This document shows, in pieces, positions 1-8,889 of a stretch of DNA of 39,395 bases. The DNA is from an uncultured Acetobacteraceae bacterium. GTDB taxonomy: Bacteria > Acidobacteriota > Terriglobia > Terriglobales > Acidobacteriaceae. Both the position numbers and the translations under genes were made by a program. Positions within the stretch are counted from its first letter, which is position 1, and the number at the start of each line of letters is the position of its first letter. A model generated the notes under the pieces. That model was given only the letters and a program-made list of their open reading frames with translations, was not told the DNA's origin and did not search any database. Location of the stretch: assembly GCA_964657345.1 (NCBI GenBank), contig CAZZVA010000002.1:1-39395 (forward strand). The letters run 5' to 3'.

Positions 1-446
1 TCAAAACACGCGAACTGGGGCACCTGAGGAAAATGATTTTGTGCGGCCCGGATAATCGAGATGGCCGGCGGGTCATGCAGCGGTGCAAAGTGAACAGCGT
101 TCTCGAGAGTTTTGAGTACCTCGGGCGTGATGCGTTGATGCTCGCGCAGATGCGGGCCGCCATGCACGATGCGGTGTCCTATCGCGTCAGGTATGCCCGA
201 CCCTGCTTGTTGAAGAGCCCGCACAGCTGCAGCGAACGCGTCGTCTAAACTCTTGGCGTCTGAAGCCTGGTCGACCAGCGATTTGCCACTGGCATCTTTG
301 AGCTTGAGCTTGCCACCCGATTCCCCAATCGCATCGATCGATCCACTCAGTCGCTGCTGCTCGGCTTCGTACACGCCGAACTTGAGCGAAGAGGAGCCGC
401 TGTTGATAACGAGGATGGTCGGCAAGAAATCAGGCATGCGCTTCAT
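1..446 (-). CDS. ackA: acetate kinase, N-terminal part (gene continues beyond the left window edge)
   Basis: Absent from the ORF track because no stop lies in the window. My own minus-strand translation from ATG 446 (alternative ATG 437) gives MKRMPDFLPTILVINSGSSSLKFGVYEA...IGHRIVHGGPHL...HFAPLHDPP. This carries the acetate kinase signatures (INSGSSSLKF, HRxVHGG). It starts 15-24 nt downstream of the phosphoketolase stop on the same strand. Confidence 0.9.
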   Translation of the reverse strand, partial: MKRMPDFLPTILVINSGSSSLKFGVYEAEQQRLSGSIDAIGESGGKLKLKDASGKSLVDQASDAKSLDDAFAAAVRALQQAGSGIPDAIGHRIVHGGPHLREHQRITPEVLKTLENAVHFAPLHDPPAISIIRAAQNHFPQVPQFACF

Positions 447-461
447 TCAGCTTGTCATATC

Positions 462-2828
462 TCATCGGGGACTCCACTTCCAGCCGCTCACTTCCGGCAG
501 GTCTTCGCCGTGAGCCGTGACGTAAAGCTTGTGCTTCTCCATGATCTCTGAGAAGCGTTGTTCCATCGCAGGCAGCTGATCCTTGAAGCGTGGCACCTGG
601 CTGATCGCATCCAGGGCAAGACTGTAGCGATCCAGTTCGTTCAAAACCACCATGTCAAACGGAGTTGTGGTGGTGCCTTCCTCCTTGAACCCATGCACGT
701 GGAAACCGGAATGATTGTTGCGTTTGTAGGTCAGCGTATGGATGAGCGAAGGATATCCGTGAAAGGCGAAGATGACAGGCTTGTCTTTGGTAAAGAGCGT
801 GTCGAACTCTGCCTCCCCAAGACCGTGGGGATGCTGCGTCTCAGATTCGAGCGTGAAGAGATCCACAACGTTGACCACCCGGATGCGCAGATCAGGCGCC
901 CAGCTGCGCAGAATGGTGACCGCTGCCATGGTCTCGAGCGTTGGCACATCGCCGGCACAGGCAAGCACGACCTCCGGATCGCCATTGTCGCAACTGGCCC
1001 ACTTCCACTCTCCCAGTCCTGCCGTGCAGTGTCGTGTCGCCTCGTCAATGCTGAGCCAGTTTGGAGCAGGCTGTTTCCCGGCAGTAATGACGTTGACGTA
1101 GTTGCGACTACGCAGGCAATGGTCAGCGACAGAAAGCAGGCAGTTCGCATCCGGTGGAAGATAGATGCGAACGATGTCCGATTTCTTGGTGGCCACCACA
1201 TCCATGAAGCCGGGATCCTGGTGTGAGAATCCGTTGTGATCCTGCCGCCATACATGCGAGCTCAACAGGTAATTCAGCGAAGCGATCGGCTTCCGCCACG
1301 GCAGACTCTGGCATTCTTTGAGCCACTTGGCATGCTGGTTGAACATCGAATCGATGATATGGATAAAGGCCTCGTAGCAGGAGAAGAAGCCATGCCGGCC
1401 GGTCAGCAGGTAGCCCTCCAGCCAGCCCTCGCACATATGTTCGCTCAGTGCTTCCATGACCCGGCCATCGACAGATAAATACTCGTCAGCGTTGGGATTT
1501 GTATAAGCCGCATCCCAGCGCTTGCCGCTCACTTTGTAGATGGCCTGCAGTCGATTCGAGGCTGTTTCATCCGGCCCGAAAACACGAAAGTTTTTCGACG
1601 GCATGTTGTTCTTCATCACGTCGCGCAGATAGGTGCCAAGCACATACGTGGCGCTCGACTCTTCTTCGCCCGGCTGCTTCACCTCGACCGCGTAATCCTG
1701 AAACGAAGGAAGCGCGAGCGGTGTCAGCAGCGAACCACCATTCGCCTGTGGCGTCACCCCGATGCGCAGGCGGCCCTTCGGCGCCATGTCCGCAATGTCA
1801 TCATGCAGCACGCCCTGCTCATCAAAGATTTCTTCAATCTTGTAGGACCGCAGCCACTCTTCGAGCTGGCGCGTATGTTCGGGATTCGTAAGCACATCGT
1901 CAAGCGGCACCTGGTGCGCACGCCACGTGCCTTCGACCTGTTTGCCGTCGACGACCTTCGGCCCCGTCCAGCCCTTCAGTGTGCGCATCACCAGCATCGG
2001 CCACGCAGGACGGGTCGCATCGTTGTGCTCGCGCGCATGCTTTTGAATAGCGCGAATCTCATCGTAGATCGTATCCATGACAGTTGCCATCTCGCGATGC
2101 ATGGTCATCGGATCGTCGCCTTCAATAAAGTACGGCTTGTACCCATAGCCGCGGAAGAGGCTCTCCAGTTCATCCTGCGGAATGCGCGCAAGAAACGTCG
2201 GATTGGCAATCTTGTATCCGTTGAGATGGAGGATCGGAAGTACGGCGCCATCCGTGATGGGATTCAAGAATTTATTGGAGTGCCAGCTGGTGGCCGCCGG
2301 CCCGGTCTCGGCCTCACCATCCCCAACGACGCAGGTCACCAGCAGCTCTGGATTGTCGAAGGCCGCGCCGTACGCATGCAGCAGGGAATAGCCTAGCTCG
2401 CCGCCTTCGTGAATCGAGCCGGGCACCTGCGGCGCATCATGACTCGGCACGCCATAAGGCCAGGAGAACTGTCGAAAGAGACGCTTGATGCCGTCCTTGT
2501 TGCGCTCGATATTCGGATAATGCTCGGTGTACGTGCCTTCGAGATACGTGTTGGCGATGATCCCCGGCGCACCATGTCCCGGACCAACAACGAAGAGAAT
2601 CGGCGCCTGGTGATTGCGGATCAGCCGGTTGAGATGGACATAAATAAAGTTCAGCCCGGGTGTAGTGCCAAAGTGACCAAGCAGGCGCGGCTTGATGTCC
2701 GCGACCGTCAGAGGATGGTCAAGCAGCGGATTTTCTTTCAGGTAGATCTGGCCCACGGAGAGATAGTTCGCTGCACGCCAGTAGGCGTTCATTTTGCTAA
2801 GTTCGTCATCGCTGAGCTGGGTGGGCAT
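462..2828 (-). CDS. xfp: xylulose-5-phosphate/fructose-6-phosphate phosphoketolase (ThDP-dependent)
   Basis: The 810-aa ORF 462..2894 contains typical phosphoketolase sequence: [62 protein letters not shown]. The likely true start is the internal ATG at 2828 ([12 protein letters not shown]...), preceded by GGAGAG. The upstream 22 codons look non-native. Confidence 0.95.
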   Translation of the reverse strand: MPTQLSDDELSKMNAYWRAANYLSVGQIYLKENPLLDHPLTVADIKPRLLGHFGTTPGLNFIYVHLNRLIRNHQAPILFVVGPGHGAPGIIANTYLEGTYTEHYPNIERNKDGIKRLFRQFSWPYGVPSHDAPQVPGSIHEGGELGYSLLHAYGAAFDNPELLVTCVVGDGEAETGPAATSWHSNKFLNPITDGAVLPILHLNGYKIANPTFLARIPQDELESLFRGYGYKPYFIEGDDPMTMHREMATVMDTIYDEIRAIQKHAREHNDATRPAWPMLVMRTLKGWTGPKVVDGKQVEGTWRAHQVPLDDVLTNPEHTRQLEEWLRSYKIEEIFDEQGVLHDDIADMAPKGRLRIGVTPQANGGSLLTPLALPSFQDYAVEVKQPGEEESSATYVLGTYLRDVMKNNMPSKNFRVFGPDETASNRLQAIYKVSGKRWDAAYTNPNADEYLSVDGRVMEALSEHMCEGWLEGYLLTGRHGFFSCYEAFIHIIDSMFNQHAKWLKECQSLPWRKPIASLNYLLSSHVWRQDHNGFSHQDPGFMDVVATKKSDIVRIYLPPDANCLLSVADHCLRSRNYVNVITAGKQPAPNWLSIDEATRHCTAGLGEWKWASCDNGDPEVVLACAGDVPTLETMAAVTILRSWAPDLRIRVVNVVDLFTLESETQHPHGLGEAEFDTLFTKDKPVIFAFHGYPSLIHTLTYKRNNHSGFHVHGFKEEGTTTTPFDMVVLNELDRYSLALDAISQVPRFKDQLPAMEQRFSEIMEKHKLYVTAHGEDLPEVSGWKWSPR

Positions 2829-2848
2829 GGTCTCTCCATTTATCAAAC

Positions 2849-2888
2849 ACACTGTGTCTCTCTTCGAAGAGTACAGGAGACACAGTGT
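2849..2888 (-). promoter_or_regulatory. perfect 12-bp inverted repeat (ACACTGTGTCTC-N16-GAGACACAGTGT) in the xfp leader; candidate operator, or terminator of the upstream operon
   Basis: Read directly: 2849..2860 ACACTGTGTCTC and 2877..2888 GAGACACAGTGT are exact reverse complements. The 16-nt spacer contains a second palindrome, TCTTCGAAGA. The repeat lies 21 nt upstream of the xfp ATG and 83 nt downstream of the stop of the 2971..3510 gene. Confidence 0.5.
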
Positions 2889-2970
2889 ATGCAACTGGGA
2901 TGTACGCTGCCGTGATGCGGCTCACAAATTCATGAAAAGTACATGAGCCGAGTGATCTATTCTGCTCAGC

Positions 2971-3510
2971 TTAATGGGTGGTGAGAGTGTAGGGAAAAGT
3001 GAAGCGTCCGATCTGAATAACGGCCTTTTCGGGTGTCGCAGCGGACGGCGGCCAGATACGGAATGACTCGACCCGAGTCGTGGACGGATCGCGCAGTGCA
3101 TCCACGTCGCCGACCGGGTTGCCATTCGCGGCCTGATAAAAGCTCACGCGCAAAGCGTCCTGGGTCCGCGTCCAGCCAAACAGGTAGTCACCAGGAGCGA
3201 GGGTGAGGCTGCCCACTTTGAGCGGCACCTGCGTCAGAAAATAATGCGAGTACTTGCCCTCCGCGGAATAACCGGCCGTGATCATCACAACTCCGGCTAC
3301 GAATTGTCCTTTGCCATTGGTGATACCTGAGGCAGTACGGAATTCTGTCTCAATCCGTTCGCTGATCGCCGGTGCGCGGGCAGGAATGATCGCATGAAGT
3401 TCTGCCTCCGTCGCAGCGTGCCATGTGGTCTTGTTTGTCTGTGCAAAGCTGCTTGCGAACGTGAGCAGGAGCATGGCTGCCGCAAAGAGCAACGCCGATA
3501 TCCGATTCAT
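2971..3510 (-). CDS. hypothetical secreted protein (signal peptide), last gene of the sensor kinase/response regulator operon
   Basis: ORF 2971..3561. The internal start at 3510 gives MNRISALLFAAAMLLLTFASSFAQT, a classic Sec signal with an A-x-A-like cleavage site, and avoids overlap with the regulator gene ending at 3539. I recognise no family. Confidence 0.6.
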   Translation of the reverse strand: MNRISALLFAAAMLLLTFASSFAQTNKTTWHAATEAELHAIIPARAPAISERIETEFRTASGITNGKGQFVAGVVMITAGYSAEGKYSHYFLTQVPLKVGSLTLAPGDYLFGWTRTQDALRVSFYQAANGNPVGDVDALRDPSTTRVESFRIWPPSAATPEKAVIQIGRFTFPYTLTTH

Positions 3511-3538
3511 AGTGTGGGTCTTGGATGTCGTCATAGGA

Positions 3539-4165
3539 TCAGTCGAGATGTACGATGCCACGCTGCAGGGCAGTCGTTGCGGCCTGGGTGCGATCGCTCA
3601 CTCCAAGTTTGCCGAGCAGGTTGTTGATGTGAGTCTTGACAGTGGCTTCGGAAATAAATAGAGCGCTCGCAATCTCCTTGTTGCTGTTGCCGCCCACAAT
3701 CAGGCGCAGCACGTCTACTTCCCGATCCGTGAGCACAGGATTGCTCATTCGTTCGGCAAGCCGCTCAGCCACTGGCGCCGGAATCCGTGACTTGCCACTG
3801 TGCACTGCCTTGATGGCCGAGACGAGTTCATCCGTATCCATGCCTTTAAGCAGGTAGCCGCGCGCGCCGGCCTGCAGTGCCTTGAAGATATCTTCATCCC
3901 CATCGAAAGTAGTGAGCACAATGATGCGGGCCTGCGGAAACTCTGCGCGGATGCGCTGAATGGCTTCCACCCCATCTCCACCCTGCATGCGCAGATCCAT
4001 CAGGGTAACGTCAGGCTGGTGCTCACGGAACAGAGGCAGAGCCTGGGTCCCGTCGGATGCCTCTGCGACGACACGCATATCCGGAAGAGTATTGAGGAGG
4101 GCGACGAGTCCCTGTCGAACGATATGATGATCGTCCACAATCATCAGCCGGAGTAGCGGTTCCAT
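3539..4165 (-). CDS. NarL/FixJ-family response regulator (REC + LuxR-type HTH)
   Basis: The receiver domain shows LMIVDDHHIVRQGL...DVTLMDLRMQGGDG. The C-terminal LuxR HTH shows LTDREVDVLRLIVGGNSNKEIASALFISEATVKTHINNLLGKLGV. The start overlaps the kinase stop by 22 nt. Confidence 0.92.
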   Translation of the reverse strand: MEPLLRLMIVDDHHIVRQGLVALLNTLPDMRVVAEASDGTQALPLFREHQPDVTLMDLRMQGGDGVEAIQRIRAEFPQARIIVLTTFDGDEDIFKALQAGARGYLLKGMDTDELVSAIKAVHSGKSRIPAPVAERLAERMSNPVLTDREVDVLRLIVGGNSNKEIASALFISEATVKTHINNLLGKLGVSDRTQAATTALQRGIVHLD

Positions 4166-7100
4166 ATCCTTACCTTGTTTTCCTGCTGGGCCACGTCTGC
4201 TACAACGGTCGTGCCTGAACCCGGTGTACTGCGAATCGTAAGTGTGGCATGAGCGCGGTCGGCACGCTCATACATGCCGCGAATACCGTAGTGGCCCGTT
4301 GGTCCTGATTTCTGCTCTGGCACTTCGAAACCACGGCCGTCATCCTGTACTTCCAATCGGGCACCTGCCGCATGATAGATCAACGCGACGCGGATGGTCT
4401 TCGGCCTTGCATGACGCGTGGCATTGGTAAGTGCTTCCTGGGCGATGCGGAGCAGTTCGCTCTCCTGCGTTTCAGGAAAGGCCCGGTAGGTCCCGGTGAT
4501 GTGGATATCGAGGGCGATCTTTGCGTCGGTCTTCGCATCCGCAATCAGGCGCCTGGCAAGAGTCCGCAGGCGGGAGGGCAGATCACCGTCACCGGATGCG
4601 GGGGAACGCAGGTCCCAGATAGACGACCGGGCATCGGCCAGGCTCTTGCGGACTAGTGCGCGGGTTTCCTGAAGCTGCAGCAGCGCGTGATCGACGGATT
4701 TCGCCATCAGCCGCGAGACCAGTTCGAGCTGCACCGAAATGCCTACGATGTCCTGGGCCAGCGTGTCATGAATTTCGCGCGCAATGCGACTCCGTTCCGC
4801 CAGGACTGCGGTGAAGCGAAGTTCGACCTGGCGTAGCCGATAGAGATAAAGCTGCCAGGCGATCGCGGCTAGAACCATCAGTACCAACGCATAGAACCAC
4901 CACGTCTGGTAATAATGCGGCGCAATCGTAAAGTGAAATTCCGCGTCAGCCGTGCTCCACGCGCCCCCATCGAAGGCGGCGACAACGTGGAATGTGTATC
5001 GACCAGGAGGGATGTTGGTGTAGTAGGCAGTGCGGCGAGTGCCGGCGTCGATCCAGGTGCGATCAAAATGATCCAGTTGATAGCGATAACGAACCTTGGA
5101 GGGCTGCGCCATGCTGAGGCCGGCATAGTGAAAGGCCATACGACCGGAACCGGGCGGGATAGCTAGCACCTGACCTGCCGGGTTGGTCGCTGCAAGGTCG
5201 TCGATCGTCACGCTCTCCACGGCGACTGGAGGCGGAGGCAAGGTGAGAGACGGGTCATGCGTATCGACGACCGAGGCACCCTTCAGAGTCGCAAACCATA
5301 ACTCCCCGCCTGCAGTCAGAGCAGCTTCAGGATGTCCGTTGCTGGCAAGGTCATTCAGACGCAACCCATCGGCAACACCAAAATGCGCGATAGCGATTGT
5401 CCCGGCGGTAGCCGTCTCATGGGCAAGTGCAACCAGGTCGCTGGACCGGACCCGATCGACACCGGTGGAACTTCCAAGCCAGGTGGCGCCCGAAGCGTCC
5501 TGCACGATGCTGTAGATCGTGGCCGGCAGGCGACCGGCAGTGTAATCGGCTGGACTGCCAACGTGCATAACGTGACCCTGTTCCAGAGCGAAGAGACCGC
5601 CGCCATTGGTTCCGATCCAAACCACGCCGTGGCCATCCGTCCCGAGAGCCGTCACGATGGGCGATGCGAGACCATCTTTGCCTGCAAAGGATTGAGCATG
5701 AACCGACTCGACATTGCAGGCCTCCTGGGTGTTGTTAGTGTGAGTAGTCAGATGGCTGAGGCCGTTCAGCGTCCCAACCCAGAGACTGCCGTCCGTGTCT
5801 TCAAGCAGGGAACCAATAACATTGCTGGCCAGGCCGTCGGATTGAGTCAGGGTGTGAATCGCACGAGCCTCCGCTGGATCAGCGTGCGGAAGGCAAGCGA
5901 GTCCGTGGCCGGTGCCGATCCAGAGCGCACCCGACCGGGAAAGCAGCAGGGAGCGAATCGAATCATCCGGCAGCCCATCCGAAGCCGTAAGCGTAAGAGT
6001 CTTTGTCCCGGCCAGATAGCTCAGGCCGTCCGGCGTGCCGATCCAGAGCCGCTGCGATCCTGGACCGGATGCGGGCACCCCGGCAAGTGCCAGGATCTCG
6101 TCGCTTGCGATCCCCTCGGCCGACCCCACATTATGGAAAATGCCGTTACTGTACAAGGAGAGACCAGCCCCGGTCCCAATCCAGAGATCCTGCATCCGGG
6201 TCTGCGCAGGGCTCGCATAGATCGAGCGCACGGTGTCGGAAGGCAGACCTTCGCGCCGGGTAAATGTCGCGAAGGCGGAATGGCGAAGAATGGCAGCGCC
6301 GGCGCTGTCGCTGCCTGCCCAGAGATCGCCTTCCCGGTCGCGATACAACGTCAGGATGTCAGGACCATTGAATCCGTCCTGCTCGAAGGCCGCTGCGAAT
6401 CTGTCGACACTCGAAGAGTAGCTGCTGTCGCGATCGTGGCTGTGGCGAAATACGCCCGTGTCCGTGGCAATCCAGAGTGTGCCGCCCGAGTCCGCGAACA
6501 GCTTCGCAACACCGCCCGCCGGCAATCCTTGCGCGCTGTCTGACTCCTTCCAGTTCTGTGCCGGGGAAGCATGGATCGAGCGGGAATAAAGACCCCTGTT
6601 TGTGCCCAGCCAGAGCATGCCTTCCCGATCCACTGTCAGCGCCTGTAGCCGGTTCCCGCCGGCGGAAGGCAGTGGGATCGTCGACCCTGTGCCTTCCTGG
6701 TTGTAGTGAATCAGGGTGCTGGCAGTGGCGATCCATAAGGCATGGTCATCGTCACCGGCGATGTCTACTGCAGCAGAAGGGAGTGCAACAACATGAAGGT
6801 TCCCGGTGCGGTCGACTCGAGTAACAGCGCTGGAGGAAACAATCCAGAGCGTACCGTCGCCGCCAAGGATAAAAGGTGCAGCCATGCGGCCCGTAAATGA
6901 GCCGCTCGATCGCGAGACACTCTGAAACGTTCCGGCTTCGAACCGGGCCAGTCCACCAGTTGTGGCGGCCCACATGTAACCGGTAGCATCCTGCGCGACC
7001 GCCCAGACATTGTCGGATGGCAGCCCGTCGCGCGTGGAGTAGTGGTGGAAGGTCGAGCCGAAGTATTCCGTCAGTCCGCCGGACGTACTGATCCACAGGT

Positions 7101-7554
7101 GCGAAGCACTGTCCTGCATCACCGCGTTGATAATGTCACTTCCCAGGGCCGGCGTGTTCCGCTTGTCGAAGACGGCAAAATCGTAGCCATCGAACCTGAC
7201 CAGCCCGCCCTCAGTTGCCATCCACATATAGCCGTCGCGAGCCTGCAGGAATTGCCGCACCGTGTCCTGCGGCAATCCGCTGCTGGTATTGAAGACCTGA
7301 TGAACATCACGGCGAAGATGCCCGGCAATCTCCAGGCGCATAGACGCGCTGCCGGGCGTGATGCGGGTCACTGACTGTCCATGAGCGCTGTAGATAATGA
7401 GACAGAGCAGCAAAGCAAGAAGCGACGCGCAGCGACCTGGAGTGCAGAGTCTGTCGAGGAAATGTGCTGACACAGCGTCTGCCGCACGGCAGTTGTCTGC
7501 GCTTCCGAGAGGGGACAAGGGTGCGCGCAATGACCTGGACGACATCCTGAGCAT
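4144..7554 (-). CDS. sensor histidine kinase with large periplasmic beta-propeller repeat (two-component regulator propeller) + Y_Y_Y region, one TM helix, HisKA_3 and HATPase_c
   Basis: Many repeats of the type GLPSD.V..I.QD..G.LWIGT..GL. A Y_Y_Y-like block (YRYQLDHFDRTWIDAGTRRTAYYTNIPPGRYTFHV). A TM helix (WWFYALVLMVLAAIAWQLYLY). A HisKA_3 H-box (RIAREIHDTLAQ). An ATPase domain (EALTNATRHA...VQDDGRGF...GIRGMYERA). The ORF is open up to 7983, but the native start is probably ATG 7554 or 7545, before the hydrophobic signal/anchor CASLLALLLCLIIYSAHG. Confidence 0.88.
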   Translation of the reverse strand: MLRMSSRSLRAPLSPLGSADNCRAADAVSAHFLDRLCTPGRCASLLALLLCLIIYSAHGQSVTRITPGSASMRLEIAGHLRRDVHQVFNTSSGLPQDTVRQFLQARDGYMWMATEGGLVRFDGYDFAVFDKRNTPALGSDIINAVMQDSASHLWISTSGGLTEYFGSTFHHYSTRDGLPSDNVWAVAQDATGYMWAATTGGLARFEAGTFQSVSRSSGSFTGRMAAPFILGGDGTLWIVSSSAVTRVDRTGNLHVVALPSAAVDIAGDDDHALWIATASTLIHYNQEGTGSTIPLPSAGGNRLQALTVDREGMLWLGTNRGLYSRSIHASPAQNWKESDSAQGLPAGGVAKLFADSGGTLWIATDTGVFRHSHDRDSSYSSSVDRFAAAFEQDGFNGPDILTLYRDREGDLWAGSDSAGAAILRHSAFATFTRREGLPSDTVRSIYASPAQTRMQDLWIGTGAGLSLYSNGIFHNVGSAEGIASDEILALAGVPASGPGSQRLWIGTPDGLSYLAGTKTLTLTASDGLPDDSIRSLLLSRSGALWIGTGHGLACLPHADPAEARAIHTLTQSDGLASNVIGSLLEDTDGSLWVGTLNGLSHLTTHTNNTQEACNVESVHAQSFAGKDGLASPIVTALGTDGHGVVWIGTNGGGLFALEQGHVMHVGSPADYTAGRLPATIYSIVQDASGATWLGSSTGVDRVRSSDLVALAHETATAGTIAIAHFGVADGLRLNDLASNGHPEAALTAGGELWFATLKGASVVDTHDPSLTLPPPPVAVESVTIDDLAATNPAGQVLAIPPGSGRMAFHYAGLSMAQPSKVRYRYQLDHFDRTWIDAGTRRTAYYTNIPPGRYTFHVVAAFDGGAWSTADAEFHFTIAPHYYQTWWFYALVLMVLAAIAWQLYLYRLRQVELRFTAVLAERSRIAREIHDTLAQDIVGISVQLELVSRLMAKSVDHALLQLQETRALVRKSLADARSSIWDLRSPASGDGDLPSRLRTLARRLIADAKTDAKIALDIHITGTYRAFPETQESELLRIAQEALTNATRHARPKTIRVALIYHAAGARLEVQDDGRGFEVPEQKSGPTGHYGIRGMYERADRAHATLTIRSTPGSGTTVVADVAQQENKVRIWNRYSG

Positions 7555-7786
7555 CTTACCCGGCGATGCCGTGTGGCGTACCAAAATGTTGTTCACGAAA
7601 GTTTGGCTGGATGGTGCGAGGATGCAGGACCGTCTACGGCGACTATTGAGATAAATGCGGGTGGTTGGGGCGTTGCCGCTAGAATGAGAGCAGTGGCGTT
7701 GACCTTGCTCCGGCCGCCCGCTGCCGGAGCTGAACCACAACGCAGCAGCAACCCGTGCCCTTAGTTGGCTGAGGAAGCGAAATAGA

Positions 7787-8842
7787 GTGCCGAAACCAGG
7801 CAGAAACATGATGAGAAGGCTCATGAGCAGATGCGCTCCTGCAGCGTTGGTCTCTCTGGCGGCATCTTCGGCTTTCGCCAGTGACGCACTCAACCAGGGC
7901 ACCAGCATGTTCTCGCGTGACGCTACGCCGGCGAGTGGTGTCTTCAGTCTGTCCCTGTTCGTTTTCGCCATCCTCGTGGGCATCTTCCTGGTCGTCGCGT
8001 CCCTCGGCGCCTATGCCGTGATTAAATTTCGTGCGAAGCCGGGAGACGAAACTTCCGAGCCCATCCAGATCTTCGGCAGCAACCAGATCGAGATCTCCTG
8101 GACCATCATCCCGGTCCTCATCGTTGTTGTCCTGTTTCTGACCACGGCTCGTATGATCTTCGCCGTACAGGATCACGTCGAACCGAAGACATCCATCAAG
8201 GTGAATGCCATCGGCCACCAGTTCTGGTGGGAATTTCAATATCCGGACTACGGATTTACAGCTGCGAACGAACTGCACATTCCAGTCAATGATCCGAACG
8301 CACCCACACCGACCTATTTGAAACTGAGCTCATCGGACGTAGTTCACAGCTTCTGGATTCCGAGACTTGCGGGGAAGACCGACATGATCCCGGATCGCGT
8401 GAATGAGATGTGGCTCGATCCCGTCAAGACCGGGGTCTACTCAGGGCAATGCGGGCAGTTCTGTGGAACCGAGCATGCCAAGATGCTGCTCAAGGTCTAC
8501 GTGCAATCGCGTCCCGACTTTGATGCGTGGGTAAAAAACCAGCAGCGCTCAGCCGTGCAGGCCGCAGACGTTGCGCAAGGTAAGTATGTATTCGAGTCTC
8601 AGAGCTGCATCAATTGCCACGCAGTGAAGGGCACCATTGCCAATGGCCGCTTTGGTCCGGATCTGACCCATCTCGCGAGCCGTGCAACCATCGCAGCCGG
8701 CGCCGCCGACAACACGCCGAAGAACCTGCGGCTGTGGATACAGAATCCCGAAGTCTTCAAGTCAGGCTCCAATATGCCTGCAATGAATTTAACCGACGAG
8801 CAGTTGGACCAGGTGACGGCTTACCTGTCAACGCTGCGATAG
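7787..8842 (+). CDS. ctaC: cytochrome c oxidase subunit II with C-terminal cytochrome c domain (caa3-type)
   Basis: Signal peptide plus two TM helices. CuA site HSFWIP...CGQFCGTEHAKM. C-terminal heme c motif CINCH with a distal NMPAM. GTG start at 7787, 11 nt after GAGGA. Confidence 0.95.
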   Translation: MPKPGRNMMRRLMSRCAPAALVSLAASSAFASDALNQGTSMFSRDATPASGVFSLSLFVFAILVGIFLVVASLGAYAVIKFRAKPGDETSEPIQIFGSNQIEISWTIIPVLIVVVLFLTTARMIFAVQDHVEPKTSIKVNAIGHQFWWEFQYPDYGFTAANELHIPVNDPNAPTPTYLKLSSSDVVHSFWIPRLAGKTDMIPDRVNEMWLDPVKTGVYSGQCGQFCGTEHAKMLLKVYVQSRPDFDAWVKNQQRSAVQAADVAQGKYVFESQSCINCHAVKGTIANGRFGPDLTHLASRATIAAGAADNTPKNLRLWIQNPEVFKSGSNMPAMNLTDEQLDQVTAYLSTLR

Positions 8843-8889
8843 TCATGCGGCATTGTCAGCAGTCGTTCATCAAGAGGAGTCAGTAGCCT

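Noticed and set aside
33-513. Plus-strand ORFs 33..248 and 253..513
   Set aside because: They are antisense to the acetate kinase coding sequence, whose conserved signature motifs are unmistakable on the minus strand.
5332-6543. 403-aa plus-strand ORF (and several 60-125 aa ORFs) inside the sensor kinase gene
   Set aside because: It is antisense to a kinase frame with clear repeat and domain signatures. The translation is Arg/Ala/Gly/Pro-rich and low in complexity, as expected for the reverse frame of a GC-rich gene. It has no motifs and no RBS.
7555-7983. 143-codon N-terminal extension of the kinase ORF (up to 7983), and the 199-aa minus-strand ORF 7679..8278
   Set aside because: Both would run through the divergent promoter region and into ctaC. 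The extension sequence is Arg/Ser-rich and precedes the obvious signal/anchor helix. ORF 7679..8278 is antisense to the subunit II gene.
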